From Steroidobacteraceae bacterium (GTDB taxonomy: Bacteria > Pseudomonadota > Gammaproteobacteria > Steroidobacterales > Steroidobacteraceae), in NCBI GenBank assembly GCA_035307465.1, contig DATGIA010000019.1, positions 6,905 to 70,904 on the forward strand: a stretch of 64,000 bases of DNA, read 5' to 3'. Below the pieces are notes generated by a model. That model worked only from the letters and a program-made list of their open reading frames with translations. It was not told where the DNA came from and did no database searches. A program made the position numbers and the translations under genes. Shown here in pieces: positions 52,937 to 64,000 of the stretch; the stretch's first letter is position 1; every line of letters starts with the position of its first letter.

Positions 52937-53680
52937 TTATGACGCGGCCGGCGTGGCCGAGACGACGGTCCCCACGTCCTCGCCGCGAACGATACGCGTG
53001 AGATCCCCGGCGTGGAACAGGTTGAAGACCTGCAGCGGCAGGTTGTTCTCCCGGCACATGACGATCGCGGTCGCATCCATCACGTTCAGACGCTCGTCGA
53101 GCACCCGGTCGAAGGTGATGTGGGTGTAGCGGCGCGCCTGCGGATTCTTGAGCGGATCGGAATCGTAAATGCCGTTCACCTTGGTGGCCTTCAAGAGGAT
53201 CTCGGCGTTGATCTCGATGGCGCGCAAGCTCGCCGCGGTGTCGGTCGTGAAGAAGGGACTGCCGGTACCGGCCGCGAAGATCACCACGCGACCTTTCTCC
53301 AGATGCCGTACGGCACGGCGGCGAATGTAGTCCTCGCACACCTCGTTGATGCGCAGCGCCGACATGACGCGCGCATAGGTGCCCTGGCTTTCGAGCGCAT
53401 CCTGCAGCGCGAGCGCGTTGATGACGGTCGCCAGCATCCCCATGTGATCGCCGGTCACCCGGTCCATGCCGGCGCGCGCAAGGCCCGCGCCGCGAAAGAT
53501 GTTGCCGCCGCCGAGCACGACGGCCACCTGCACGCCCATCTGATTGATGTCGCGGATCTCACCGGCGATGCGCTTGAGGATCTCCGGATCGATCCCGTAA
53601 TCCTCGGTTCCGAGCAGCGCCTCGCCCGACAGTTTGACCAGAATCCTGTGGTAGCGTGCCTGCGGTGTCGTGTCGGTCAT
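52937..53680 (-). CDS. pyrH: UMP kinase
   Basis: ORF 52937..53680(-), 247 aa. [24 protein letters not shown]. Confidence 0.96.
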   Translation of the reverse strand: MTDTTPQARYHRILVKLSGEALLGTEDYGIDPEILKRIAGEIRDINQMGVQVAVVLGGGNIFRGAGLARAGMDRVTGDHMGMLATVINALALQDALESQGTYARVMSALRINEVCEDYIRRRAVRHLEKGRVVIFAAGTGSPFFTTDTAASLRAIEINAEILLKATKVNGIYDSDPLKNPQARRYTHITFDRVLDERLNVMDATAIVMCRENNLPLQVFNLFHAGDLTRIVRGEDVGTVVSATPAAS

Positions 53681-53696
53681 GAACGCGTACCCTACT

Positions 53697-53722
53697 ACAA
53701 AAGACCCCGCCGGCGCGGGGTC
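53697..53722 (-). terminator. Rho-independent terminator or attenuator downstream of tsf
   Basis: The minus strand reads GACCCCGC-GCCG-GCGGGGTC followed by TTTTGT. This is an 8-bp GC stem with a 4-nt loop and a U tract, located in the 67-nt gap between the tsf stop and the pyrH start. Confidence 0.75.
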
Positions 53723-53747
53723 TTGAAGGTCCTTGAAGTCGGCCCGA

Positions 53748-54620
53748 TCAGTGGCCCTTGACCTGGGCCATCACCTCGCCGACGAAATCGTCCTGCCGCT
53801 TTTCGATGCCCGCACCGACCTCGTAGCGTACGAACTGGGCGACGCGCGCACCCGCCTTCTTGACGAGCCGCTCGACGGTGAGGTCCGGATCCTTGACGAA
53901 GGGCTGCCCCAGGAGCGTGATCTCGGCCAAGAACTTGCGCAGGCGCCCCTCGACCATCTTGGCGATGATCTCGGGCGGCTTCTTCTCGCCCGCGCTCTGC
54001 TCCTTGAGGATCTCGCGCTCCTTGTCGAGCACCTCGGCGGGCACCTGCTGCGCGTCGATGTAGGCCGGATTGACGGCCGCGACATGCATCGCGATGTCGA
54101 GCGCGAGCGGCTCATCGCCGCCCTCGAGCGCCACCAGTGCGCCGATGCGCGAGCCGGGGTGCAGGTAAGCGCCGAGCGCCGTGGGCGCCGTGAGACGCGC
54201 AAAACGCCGCACGGTGATGTTCTCGCCGATCTTGGCGATGAGCGCCCGACGGCGCTCCTCGAGCGTGCTGCCGCCGTGGCCGAGGCCGAGCAGTCCGTCG
54301 AGGTCGGCGGGCGCGTGCTTGAGCGCCGCCTGGGCGAGCTCGCGCGCGAAGTTCTGAAACTCATCGCCGCGCGCGACGAAGTCCGTCTCGCAGTTGAGCT
54401 CGAGCAGCACCGCGGTGAGCCCGTTGCGCTCGAGCGCGAGGGTGCCCTCGGCCGCCACGCGGGTGGCCTTCTTGTCGGCCTTCGCGAGCCCGCTCTTTCG
54501 CATGAGCTCGGCCGCGGCATCGAGATCGCCCTGGGTCTCGACCAGCGCGCGCTTACACTCCATCATGCCGGCGCCCGTGCGCTCACGCAGCTGCTTGACC
54601 GTCTCTGCCGTGATGTTCAT
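53748..54620 (-). CDS. tsf: Translation elongation factor Ts
   Basis: ORF 53748..54620(-), 290 aa. [24 protein letters not shown]. Confidence 0.97.
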   Translation of the reverse strand: MNITAETVKQLRERTGAGMMECKRALVETQGDLDAAAELMRKSGLAKADKKATRVAAEGTLALERNGLTAVLLELNCETDFVARGDEFQNFARELAQAALKHAPADLDGLLGLGHGGSTLEERRRALIAKIGENITVRRFARLTAPTALGAYLHPGSRIGALVALEGGDEPLALDIAMHVAAVNPAYIDAQQVPAEVLDKEREILKEQSAGEKKPPEIIAKMVEGRLRKFLAEITLLGQPFVKDPDLTVERLVKKAGARVAQFVRYEVGAGIEKRQDDFVGEVMAQVKGH

Positions 54621-54635
54621 GACGATGCCCGCGCT

Positions 54636-55640
54636 TCAGCCGCGCGCCGGGGTGCGCGCCCGGGTCGTTCGGCGGCGCGGAGCGCTCGCCGGCCGGCTTT
54701 CGGCGGGTGCCGTGTCGGGCGCATCGACCTCGTCCGCCTCGCTCTCGACCGCCGCCTCCTCGAGCTGGGCGACGACCGCACCCGGGACCGCTCCGCTGCC
54801 CGGGATGACGGTCACGGGCACCTTGCGGCGCGGCGGTTGCTTCTTGCCGCGTCCGCCGGCGGTGGGGGCACGGCGCGCCGGCGCGGTGCTGCGCTTGCGC
54901 GGATTGCCTTCCTCGTCGAGCTCGACGAACTCGTCCTCGCCGACCGGAACCTCCGGGAGCGAGGCCTTTCCCTCGAGCACCGAGTCGGCGACGCCCGCGG
55001 CATAGAGCTGAATGGCGCGCATGGCATCGTCGTTGCCCGGGATGACGTAGTCGATGCCGTCGGGCGAGCAGTTGGTGTCGACCACCGCCACGACCGGGAT
55101 GCCGAGCTTCTGCGCCTCGTGCACGGCGATCTCTTCGTGACCGACGTCGATGACGAACAGGGCATCGGGGAGCGAGGTCATCTCGCGAATGCCCCCGAGG
55201 CTGCGCAGCAGCTTGTCCATCTCGCGCCTCAGCATCTGCGCCTCTTTCTTGCCGCGACGCTCGAGCGTGCCGTTCTGCGCCATCTCATCGAGCTCATTGA
55301 GGCGCTTGATCGACTGGCGGATGGTCTTGAAGTTCGTCAGCATGCCGCCGAGCCAGCGCTGGTTGACGTACGGCATGCTGCAGCGCGTGGCCTCCTTCTG
55401 GACGGCCTCGCGCGCCGAGCGCTTGGTGCCGACGAACAGCACCTTGCCGCCGCCCGCCACCACGCCCTTGATGAAGGTCGAGGCGCGGGCGTACAGCGGC
55501 TGGGTCTTCTCGAGATTGATGATGTGGATCTTGTTGCGCTCGCCGAAGATGAAGGGCGACATCTTCGGGTTCCAGAAGCGGGTCTGATGTCCGAAATGGA
55601 CACCCGCTTCCAGCATCTGTCGCATTGACACGCTGGCCAT
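54636..55640 (-). CDS. rpsB: 30S ribosomal protein S2 with a long low-complexity C-terminal extension
   Basis: Last 334 codons of ORF 54636..55925(-): [27 protein letters not shown]..., AGGAG SD. The conserved S2 body ends around residue 230; about 100 further residues are Pro/Ala/Arg/Glu-rich. Confidence 0.95.
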   Translation of the reverse strand: MASVSMRQMLEAGVHFGHQTRFWNPKMSPFIFGERNKIHIINLEKTQPLYARASTFIKGVVAGGGKVLFVGTKRSAREAVQKEATRCSMPYVNQRWLGGMLTNFKTIRQSIKRLNELDEMAQNGTLERRGKKEAQMLRREMDKLLRSLGGIREMTSLPDALFVIDVGHEEIAVHEAQKLGIPVVAVVDTNCSPDGIDYVIPGNDDAMRAIQLYAAGVADSVLEGKASLPEVPVGEDEFVELDEEGNPRKRSTAPARRAPTAGGRGKKQPPRRKVPVTVIPGSGAVPGAVVAQLEEAAVESEADEVDAPDTAPAESRPASAPRRRTTRARTPARG

Positions 55641-55754
55641 GTTTGACTCCTGGTTGGGTTGAGCCTCCGCGTGTCCCGATCGGCAACCCGACTCTCGCCG
55701 GGCACCCGGCCGATCGTGACGACACGCGTGCGGGGTTGTTAAAAATAGCCGCGC

Positions 55755-55783
55755 TTTATACCATGAACCACAGCCGATACCAA
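55755..55783 (-). promoter_or_regulatory. Candidate sigma-70 promoter for rpsB-tsf
   Basis: The minus strand reads TTGGTA-N17-TATAAA with TGG just upstream of the -10 (plus strand taccaa 55778-55783, tttata 55755-55760). It implies a leader of roughly 105-110 nt. Confidence 0.6.
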
Positions 55784-55797
55784 GCTTGCACCCCCCC

Positions 55798-56586
55798 ATG
55801 AATGTGACCATCAAGACGCCGGCGGAACAGGACAAAATGCGGGCCGCGGGCCGCCTGGCCGCGAGCGTGCTCGACATGATCGAGCCCTTCGTACAGCCCG
55901 GCGTCACCACCGAGGAGCTCGACAAGCGCTGTCATGACTTCATCGTGAACGACCTGAAGTCCGTGCCCGCAAACCTCAACTACCGCGGCTTTCCGAAGAC
56001 GATCTGCACCTCGGTGAACCACGTGGTATGCCACGGGATCCCCGGCGATAAGCGCCTGAAGAACGGGGACATCGTCAACATCGACGTCACGGTGATCCGC
56101 GACGGCTATCACGGCGACACCAGCCGCATGTACTTCGTCGGCACACCCTCGGTGCTCGCGCGGCGTCTCACCCAGGTGTGCTTCGAGGCGATGTGGCGCG
56201 GCATCGGCGTGGTGCAGCCCGGTGCCCACCTGGGCGACATCGGCCATGCCATCCAGAGCTATGCCGAGAGCCAGGGTTTCTCGGTCGTTCGCGAGTATTG
56301 CGGCCACGGAATCGGCACGGTCTACCACGAAGATCCGCAGGTGCTGCATTACGGCAGACCCGGCACCGGGCTCGAGCTCATCGAGGGCATGACCTTCACC
56401 GTCGAGCCGATGATCAACGCAGGACGGCGCGACGTGCGCGTGCTCGATGATGGCTGGACGGTGGTGACGCGCGATCAATCGCTCTCGGCGCAGTGGGAGC
56501 ACACGGTGCTCGTGACTCGTTCCGGCTACGAAGTCCTGACGTTGGGCGCAGCCGCAGCGGTGCCTGCGGCCGCGACCGCTTCTTGA
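55798..56586 (+). CDS. map: Methionine aminopeptidase, type I
   Basis: ORF 55786..56586(+). The track start is TTG; ATG 55798 is chosen ([22 protein letters not shown]). Metal-ligand contexts NIDVT, HGIG, FTVEPM, QWEHT. Confidence 0.95.
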   Translation: MNVTIKTPAEQDKMRAAGRLAASVLDMIEPFVQPGVTTEELDKRCHDFIVNDLKSVPANLNYRGFPKTICTSVNHVVCHGIPGDKRLKNGDIVNIDVTVIRDGYHGDTSRMYFVGTPSVLARRLTQVCFEAMWRGIGVVQPGAHLGDIGHAIQSYAESQGFSVVREYCGHGIGTVYHEDPQVLHYGRPGTGLELIEGMTFTVEPMINAGRRDVRVLDDGWTVVTRDQSLSAQWEHTVLVTRSGYEVLTLGAAAAVPAAATAS

Positions 56587-59254
56587 GCGCCGGCGCTCGA
56601 TTCCTCGAGCCCTCGCCCGAGTGGGGCTACCTCTCCTCCGTTTCCCAGACGCTCGAGCACGGTGAGTTCTCGCCGTTCGCCTTTCGCCAGGTGCTCGACC
56701 GGGGCGCCGAGATGTTGCGCGAGCGCTTCACCGCGGACGAGCCGATCGAGGCGCTGGTGCATGACCGCGCCCTGCTGGTCGATGTCGTGCTGCGCGCCGC
56801 GTGGGCGCATCACACGGGAAAGTACGCGCTCGATCTCGCGCTCGTCGCGGTCGGCGGATACGGACGCGGTGAGCTGCACCCGAGCTCCGACATCGACATC
56901 ATGGTGCTCTTGCCGAAGAGCGACTCGGAGGACTGGCAGCCCGACATCGAGCGCTTCCTCACCTTTCTCTGGGACATCGGTCTGGAGGTCGGGCACAGCG
57001 TGCGCTCGATCGACGACTGCCAGCGCGAGAGTCTCGCCGACATCAGCGTCGCGACGACGCTGTTCGAGGCGCGCCTGCTCACGGGCCCGGAGTCTTTGTT
57101 CGCAGGCATGCGCCGGGCGCTCGCCCCCGACCGGCTGTGGTCTTCGCAGGATTTCTTCGAGGCGAAGGTCAAGGAGCAAACCGAGCGGCATCACCGCTAC
57201 TTCGACACCGCCTACAACCTCGAGCCCAACGTCAAGTCGAGCCCGGGAGGCCTGCGCGACCTGCAGACGATCGGCTGGGTCGCGAAACGCCACTTCGGCA
57301 CCGACACGCTCGATGAGCTGGTCGCCCATGGCTTCCTCACGCGCGAGGAGCTGCGCACGCTGAAGGCCGGGCAGTCGTTTTTGTGGAAGGTGCGCTTCGG
57401 ACTGCACATGCTGACGGGGCGGCGCGAGGACCGGCTCCTGTTCGACTACCAGATCAAGCTCGCGAAGCTGTTCGGCTACGAGGATGCGAGCTTCACGCTC
57501 GCGGTCGAGCAGCTGATGCAGAAGTACTACCGGACCGTCATGGACGTGAGCCTGCTCAACGAGATGCTGCTGCAGCTCTTTCGCGAGGCGATTCTCACGC
57601 AGAGCGCGCCGCCCATGCCCCTGAATGCGCGCTTCCAGATCCGCAACGACTACCTCGAGGTGACGCACGCGGAGGTGTTCGCCCGTCATCCGTCCGCGCT
57701 CCTCGAGCTGTTCGTGCTCCTGCAGCAGCACCCGGAGGTGCGCGGGGTGCGCGCCGAGACCATCCGGCTGATCGGCTCGCATCTGTGGCTCATCGACGAG
57801 GAGTTCAGGCAGAACCCGCGCCACCACCGCCTGTTCATGGAGATCCTGTGCGCTCCGGTCGGCGTCACCCATGAGCTGCGGCGCATGAATCTCTACGGCG
57901 TGCTCGGACGCTACATCCCCTCCTTCGGGCGCGTCGTGGGTCGCATGCAGTACGACCTCTTTCACGCCTACACGGTCGATGCGCATACGCTGTTCGTCGT
58001 CAGCAACCTGCGCCGCCTGGCGATGCCGAAGTACAACCACGAGTTCCCGGCCCTGAGCCAGATCATGCAGTCGCTGCCGCGCCAGGAGCTCGCCTACCTC
58101 GCCGCGCTCTTCCACGACATCGCCAAGGGACGCGGGGGCGATCACTCCGAGCTCGGGGCGGTCGATGCGGAGGCGTTCTGCCTCGAGCAGGGACTCGGGC
58201 GCTACGAGGCGCGCCTCGTCGCCTGGCTGGTGCGCAATCACCTCATCCTGTCGATCACCTCGCAGAAGAAGGACATCAGCGACCCGGACATCATCCACCA
58301 GTTCGCGCGTCAGGTCGGCGACCAGGTGCATCTCGATTACCTGTACGTGCTCACCGTCGCGGACGTGCGCGGCACGAATCCGAAGCTCTGGAACGCCTGG
58401 AAAGCACGCCTGTTCGAGGAGTTCTACGAGCGCACCAAGCGGGCGCTGCGCCGGGGGCTCGAGACCCCCGTCGACCAGGACGAGCTGGTGCGCGAGACGC
58501 AGGCAAACTCGCGCGCGTTCATGCCCAGCGTCGACCCCAAGGCCATCGGGCGCGTCTGGGGACAGTGGACCGAGGCCTACTTCCTGCGCTTCACCGCCGA
58601 GGAGATCGCCTGGCAGACCCAGGTCCTGGCGGCGCGCGACCCTGCGGATGAGACCCCGGTGGTCGCGATCCGCCAGCTTGCCGAGCGCGGCGGCACGGCG
58701 GTGCTCACCTACACGCCGCACCGCATGCACAGCTTTGCGCGCACCACCGCGGTGCTCGACCAGATGGGCTTGAACGTGGTCGATGCGCGCCTCATCAGCA
58801 GCGCGAACGGCTTCAGCCTCGAGACCTATTTCGTGCTCGAGGATTCCGGCGCGGTCATCACCGATGCCGCGCGCGTCCGGGAGATCGAGCGCGGCCTCGA
58901 GCGCGCGCTGCGCCAGCCCGAGGACGCCCCGCTCACCGTGACTCGGCGGGCGCCGCGCCAGGTGCGCATGTTCTCGACGCCGACTCAGGTCAATTTCAGC
59001 GTGGACAGCCGCAATCGACGCACCATCCTCGAGCTCGTCGCCGCCGATCGACCGGGACTTCTGTCGGAGGTGGGCAAAGTGTTCAAGGCGCAGCACGTCG
59101 ACATCCATGGCGCGAAAATCATGACGGTCGGCGAGCGCGCCGAGGACGTCTTCTACGTCACCGACACCGAGGGGCGGCTCCTGTCCGAGGAGGCCTGCCT
59201 GCAGGTGCAGAGTGCGCTGGTGCGGGCACTCGATCGGCGCGAGGCCTCCCGCAC

Positions 59255-59258
<4 letters not shown>
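56583..59258 (+). CDS. glnD: Bifunctional [protein-PII] uridylyltransferase / uridylyl-removing enzyme
   Basis: ORF 56493..59258(+). Nucleotidyltransferase ([22 protein letters not shown]), HD domain ([12 protein letters not shown]), two C-terminal ACT domains. The start is uncertain: TTG 56583 (TTGA overlap with the map stop) is chosen; GTG 56691 and ATG 56712 are alternatives. Confidence 0.9.
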
Positions 59259-60103
<845 letters not shown>

Positions 60104-60138
60104 GCGGAGCGGCGCGGCGCGGCGCGGAGCGGAGCGAC

Positions 60139-60999
60139 TTAGCCGAAACGGCCCGTGATGTAGTCCTCGGTGAGCTTCTGCTGCGGGTTGGTGAAGACCA
60201 GGTCGGTCGGACCGACCTCGATGAGGTCGCCGAGGTAGAAGTAGGCGGTGCGCTGCGAAACGCGCGCGGCCTGTTGCATGTTGTGCGTGACGATGATGAT
60301 GGCGTAGTTCGCGCGCAGCTCATCGATCAGATCCTCGATGCGCGCGCTGGCGATCGGATCGAGCGCCGAGGTGGGCTCATCCATCAGGATCACCTCGGGA
60401 TTGATCGCGATCGTGCGCGCGATGCAGAGGCGCTGCTGCTGTCCGCCCGAGAGACTGGTGCCGGGCTCGGAGAGCCGGTTCTTCACCTCGTCCCACAAGC
60501 CGGCGCGCTGCAGGCTCGTGGCGACCAGCTCATCGGTGTCGCTGCGATTCTTGACGAGCCCATGGATGCGCGGGCCGTAGGCCACGTTCGCATAGATCGA
60601 GGTCGGAAACGGCGTCGGCTTCTGGAACACGATGCCGACCCGCGCTCGCAGCTGCGAGAGGTCCTGACCCTCGGCGTAGATATCCTGGCCGTCGAGGAGG
60701 ATGGTGCCGTCCACCCGTGCGCCCTCGATGGTGTCGTTCATGCGGTTCAGGCAGCGTAGGAACGTCGTCTTGCCGCAGCCCGAGGGACCGATCATCGCGA
60801 GCACCTGGTTGCGGCCGATGTCGAGCGTCACGTTGCGCACGGCGTGCTTGTCGCCGTAGTGAACGTTCACGCCGCGAGCCGACATGACCGGGTCGTAGAT
60901 GACGTCGCGCGTGCCGACCGGCCGCTCGCGCTGCTGCTCCGTGAGCCGCGCGAGACGGGCGATCTCCTCGACCGACTTCGCTTCCTGCTCATCCACCAT
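60139..60999 (-). CDS. pstB: Phosphate ABC transporter ATP-binding protein, distal paralogue
   Basis: Last 286 codons of ORF 60139..61095(-), ATG 60999. Walker [21 protein letters not shown], signature [13 protein letters not shown], Walker [13 protein letters not shown]-loop [13 protein letters not shown]-terminal YITGRFG. Confidence 0.93.
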   Translation of the reverse strand: MVDEQEAKSVEEIARLARLTEQQRERPVGTRDVIYDPVMSARGVNVHYGDKHAVRNVTLDIGRNQVLAMIGPSGCGKTTFLRCLNRMNDTIEGARVDGTILLDGQDIYAEGQDLSQLRARVGIVFQKPTPFPTSIYANVAYGPRIHGLVKNRSDTDELVATSLQRAGLWDEVKNRLSEPGTSLSGGQQQRLCIARTIAINPEVILMDEPTSALDPIASARIEDLIDELRANYAIIIVTHNMQQAARVSQRTAYFYLGDLIEVGPTDLVFTNPQQKLTEDYITGRFG

Positions 61000-61003
61000 G
61001 AAT

Positions 61004-61840
61004 CTATCCGAACCGTCCGGTGATGTAGTCGTCGGTCTTGCGATTCTTGGGCGCGGTGAAGATCTCGTTCGAGGGTCCGATCTCGATGAGCTCACCGAGG
61101 AACATGAACCCCGTCACGTTGGACACGCGCGCGGCCTGCTGCAGGTTGTGCGTGACGATGACGATGCAGTACTTCTGGCGCAGCGCCTCCAGGGTCTCCT
61201 CGACCTTGAGCGTCGAGATCGGATCGAGGGCCGCGGTCGGCTCATCGAGCAGCAGCACCTCGGGCTGCACGGCAATGGTGCGCGCGATGCACAGGCGCTG
61301 CTGCTGGCCGCCCGAGAGGCTGCGGCCGTCTGCATCGAGCTTGTCCTTGACCTCTTCCCAGATCGCCGCGTCCTTGAGCGCCGACTCGACGCGGTCCTTG
61401 AGCTCGCTGCCGCGCACTTCACCCGCGAGACGCAGGCCGAAGGCCACGTTTTGGAACACCGACATGGGAAAGGGCGTCGGCTTCTGGAACACCATGCCGA
61501 CGCGATAGCGAAGATCCGCAATGTCCACCGTCGCGCCGAGAATGTCCCTGCCTCCGATCAGCACCTCGCCCTCCGCGCGTTGCTTCGGGTAGAGCGCATA
61601 CATGCGGTTGAGCACGCGCAGCAGCGTCGACTTGCCGCACCCGGAGGGGCCTATGAAGGCGGTGATCGAGCGATCGGCGAGCGTGAGGTTGATGTCCCGC
61701 AGCGCCTGCACATCGCCGTAGTAGAAGTTCAGATGGCGGATCTCGATTTTCGGCGGCCCGACCTGCGTCTGCGCAGGCACCGTGCTGACGGGCGGACGCG
61801 TCTTCAGGTGCTTCGGGGCCTTCGGCGTCGCGTACATCAT
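61004..61840 (-). CDS. pstB: Phosphate ABC transporter ATP-binding protein, proximal paralogue
   Basis: Last 278 codons of ORF 61004..61954(-). ATG 61840 lies in an ATGA overlap with the pstA stop. Walker [64 protein letters not shown]. Confidence 0.93.
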   Translation of the reverse strand: MMYATPKAPKHLKTRPPVSTVPAQTQVGPPKIEIRHLNFYYGDVQALRDINLTLADRSITAFIGPSGCGKSTLLRVLNRMYALYPKQRAEGEVLIGGRDILGATVDIADLRYRVGMVFQKPTPFPMSVFQNVAFGLRLAGEVRGSELKDRVESALKDAAIWEEVKDKLDADGRSLSGGQQQRLCIARTIAVQPEVLLLDEPTAALDPISTLKVEETLEALRQKYCIVIVTHNLQQAARVSNVTGFMFLGELIEIGPSNEIFTAPKNRKTDDYITGRFG

Positions 61841-62697
61841 CGACCGCCCCCGCTCTGGCGATACAGCACCGCGAGCAGCATGCGCGCCGCGACGCTCAGC
61901 ACCAGGATGGTCACGGTGATCAGCAGCGCACCGGCCCAGGCGAGCTGCTGCCACTCGGCGTAGGGACTCAGCGCAAACTGGAAAATGACGACCGGCAAAT
62001 TGGCCATCGGCTCAGCCAGGTTGGTGCTCCAGAACTGCTTGTTGAGCGCCGTGAACAGGAGCGGCGCGGTCTCGCCGCTGATCCGCGCGACCGCGAGCAG
62101 CAACCCCGTCACGATCCCGCTGCGCGCCGCAGGATACAGGATGCTGATCGTCGTTCGCCAGGGATGGGCGCCCAACGCCGCCGAGGAGTCCTTCATGCCG
62201 GCGGGCACCAGGTTCAGCATGTCCTCGGTGGTGCGCAGCGTGACCGGGATCGCGAGCACGGCAAGCGAGAATGCCCCGGCGAGCGCGGAGAAGTGGCCCA
62301 TGGGCACGACGACGATCTCGTAGATGAACAGACCGATGATGATCGAAGGGGCGGAGAGCAGCACGTCGTTGATGAAACGGACCGCGGTGCTGAGGCGTGA
62401 GTTGCGCCCGTACTCCGAGAGATAGGTGCCGGCCAGCACGCCGATGGGGCCGCCCACCAGGATGCCGATCGCCGTCATCACGGCGCTGCCAAAAATGGCG
62501 TTGAGCAGTCCGCCGGGCTGCGCCGAGTTGGGCACGGGAGTCATCTGGGTGAAGAGCCGCGGCGACAGGCCCGCGAGGCCGTGCGTGATCAGGGTGAACA
62601 GGATGGCGCCGAGCGCCGCGAGCCCCGCGGCGGTCGCCACCATGGAGAGGCCGAGAAACAGCCCATTCTTCAGCTTGCGAAAGCCGCGGCGGCTCAT
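61837..62697 (-). CDS. pstA: Phosphate ABC transporter permease PstA
   Basis: ORF 61837..62697(-), 286 aa. Polytopic, with the EAA-type loop [25 protein letters not shown]. Confidence 0.93.
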   Translation of the reverse strand: MSRRGFRKLKNGLFLGLSMVATAAGLAALGAILFTLITHGLAGLSPRLFTQMTPVPNSAQPGGLLNAIFGSAVMTAIGILVGGPIGVLAGTYLSEYGRNSRLSTAVRFINDVLLSAPSIIIGLFIYEIVVVPMGHFSALAGAFSLAVLAIPVTLRTTEDMLNLVPAGMKDSSAALGAHPWRTTISILYPAARSGIVTGLLLAVARISGETAPLLFTALNKQFWSTNLAEPMANLPVVIFQFALSPYAEWQQLAWAGALLITVTILVLSVAARMLLAVLYRQSGGGR

Positions 62698-63713
62698 ATC
62701 GAGGTCAGCGCGCGTCGCTCGAGCCGCCGCAGCATCGCCTGCGCCGCGGCGATCACCGAGAAGGTGATCAGGAAGAGCAGCAGGCCCAGCGCGATCAGCG
62801 ATGAGGTGTACAGATCGCCCACCGCCTCGGTGAACTCGTTGGCGATGGCCGAGGAGATCGTCGTCCCGGGCGCCAGCAGCGAGACGCTGATCCGGTGCGC
62901 ATTGCCGATGACGAACGTCACCGCCATCGTCTCACCGAGCGCACGCCCGAGCCCGAGCATGACGCCGCCGACGATGCCGGCCCGCGAGTGCGGCACCACC
63001 ACGTTCCAGATGACCTCCCAGGTGGTGGCACCGAGCCCATAGCCGGATTCCTTGAGCATCGCCGGCACGGTGTCGAACACATCGCGCATCGTCGCGGCGA
63101 TGAACGGCAGCACCATGATCGCGAGCACGATGCCGGCCGTGAGGATGCCGATGCCGAAGGGGGGGCCCTGGAAGAGACGGCCGACCGCGGGCAAGGGGCC
63201 GAGGTGCTCGATCAGCCAGGGCTGCACGTGCCGCTGCAGCACGGGGGCGAGCACGAACAGGCCCCAGATGCCGAAGATGATGCTCGGCACCGCCGCGAGC
63301 AGCTCCACGGCGACGCCGATCGGGCGCTTCAGCACCGGGGGGCAGAGCTCGGTCAGAAAGAGCGCGATCCCGAAGCCTGCGGGAACCGCGATCGCCATGG
63401 CGATCGCGGAGGTCACGAGCGTGCCGTAGATGGCGGCGAGCGCCCCGAACTTATCGGTGACCGGGTTCCAGACCTCGCTCGTGACGAAATGCAAGCCGAA
63501 CCGATGCAGGGCCGGCCACGCCCCCTGCAGCAGCGAGAGCGCCACACCCCCGAGAATCAGCAGCACCAGCACGGCGGCGCTCAGCGTCGCCGCGCGGAAT
63601 AATCGCTCGTAGATCTGCTGCTTCGCGGCGTGCCGGGGGTCGATGATCGCCACGGTGAGCGGAATCGAGCGCGTTGCGGGTTCGGCCCCGAGAGGGCCTA
63701 GCTCCCCGTCCAC
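62694..63713 (-). CDS. pstC: Phosphate ABC transporter permease PstC
   Basis: ORF 62694..63713(-), 339 aa. GTG start overlapping the pstS 3' end by 16 nt, so the start is uncertain. [29 protein letters not shown]. Confidence 0.9.
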   Translation of the reverse strand: MDGELGPLGAEPATRSIPLTVAIIDPRHAAKQQIYERLFRAATLSAAVLVLLILGGVALSLLQGAWPALHRFGLHFVTSEVWNPVTDKFGALAAIYGTLVTSAIAMAIAVPAGFGIALFLTELCPPVLKRPIGVAVELLAAVPSIIFGIWGLFVLAPVLQRHVQPWLIEHLGPLPAVGRLFQGPPFGIGILTAGIVLAIMVLPFIAATMRDVFDTVPAMLKESGYGLGATTWEVIWNVVVPHSRAGIVGGVMLGLGRALGETMAVTFVIGNAHRISVSLLAPGTTISSAIANEFTEAVGDLYTSSLIALGLLLFLITFSVIAAAQAMLRRLERRALTSI

Positions 63714-64000
63714 ACGGGCTTACCGCCCGCGCTGATCTCGGTGCTCCAGGTCTTTCGCACCTGGGCGATGAGCGGGGCCGGCAGAGGCACGTAATCGAGC
63801 GAGGCCGCCATCTCGCCGCCATTCTGGTACGCCCAGTTGAAGAACTTGAGCGCGGCCAGCACGGCATTGGGATCGGTTGGCTGCCGGTACACCAGGATGA
63901 AGCTCGCACCGGTGATCGGCCAGCTCTTGGCTCCCGCCTGATCGGTGAGGATCAGGTAGTAGGAGTCGGCCTTGGCCCAGTCGGCGCTCGCTGCGGCGGC
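63698..64000 (-). CDS. pstS: Phosphate-binding protein PstS, 3' part only (gene runs off the right edge)
   Basis: The reverse strand is open from position 64000: ...ADWAKADSYYLILTDQAGAKSWPITGASFILVYRQPTDPNAVLAALKFFNWAYQNGGEMAASLDYVPLPAPLIAQVRKTW... to TAG 63698. Typical PstS C-terminus. Confidence 0.9.
   Translation of the reverse strand, partial: AAAASADWAKADSYYLILTDQAGAKSWPITGASFILVYRQPTDPNAVLAALKFFNWAYQNGGEMAASLDYVPLPAPLIAQVRKTWSTEISAGGKPVWTGS

Noticed and set aside
60104-60138. GC-rich repetitive spacer gagcggagcggcgcggcgcggcgcggagcggagcg between dapD and pstB, considered as a bidirectional terminator
   Set aside because: The repeats are direct or mirror repeats, not inverted. No complementary arm and no T-run exist on either strand.

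Overview
The window is visibly GC-rich, densely packed core chromosome of a non-enteric gammaproteobacterium. The lineage call is an inference from gene order and protein sequences (Pseudomonas/Xanthomonadales-type synteny). No rRNA, tRNA, CRISPR array, transposase or integrase was seen.

About 60 genes are present, almost all on the minus strand, arranged as classical housekeeping blocks:
- a LOV-like PAS-GGDEF gene (partial), nagZ, rlmD, a PolB-like exonuclease, acpS, pdxJ, recO, era, rnc, a DUF4845 gene, lepB, lepA
- a glutaredoxin-like gene, rseB, rseA, rpoE
- sdhE, sdhB, sdhA, sdhD, sdhC and a DUF1674 gene, with ygfZ divergent
- a tri-haem cytochrome c, murI, lysS, prfB (programmed +1 frameshift), recJ and a conserved hypothetical
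- a DUF498 gene (plus strand), then a roughly 330-bp AT-rich island
- pcm, surE, smr (plus strand), fused ispDF, ftsB, eno, kdsA, pyrG, tilS, accA, dnaE, rnhB, lpxB, lpxA, fabZ, lpxD, skp, bamA, rseP, dxr, cdsA, uppS, frr, pyrH, tsf, rpsB
- map, glnD, dapD (plus strand)
- pstB, pstB, pstA, pstC, pstS (partial)

Twenty gene junctions checked by hand are 4-nt ATGA/GTGA overlaps, so translational coupling is pervasive. Most long ORFs in the track on the opposite strand or in alternative frames are GC-rich shadow ORFs.

I found no large novel multi-gene system. The points worth a second look are small-scale:
1. The only compositionally foreign segment (26755-27060) holds an unlisted 31-codon hydrophobic ORF. 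Its start and stop are clamped by a 10-bp GC stem, a type I toxin-like layout.
2. An unlisted 58-codon DUF1674/SDHAF4-like gene sits upstream of sdhC. With it, the sdh operon is flanked by homologues of three mitochondrial complex II assembly factors.
3. A LOV-type PAS-GGDEF sensor lacks the photoactive cysteine.
4. ispD and ispF are fused in an otherwise gammaproteobacterial gene context.
5. A triplicated 16-bp repeat carries the lysS start codon and creates a coupled upstream ORF.
6. Two pstB paralogues lie in tandem with no phoU.

All homology statements come from my own reading of the translations; no database search was run.
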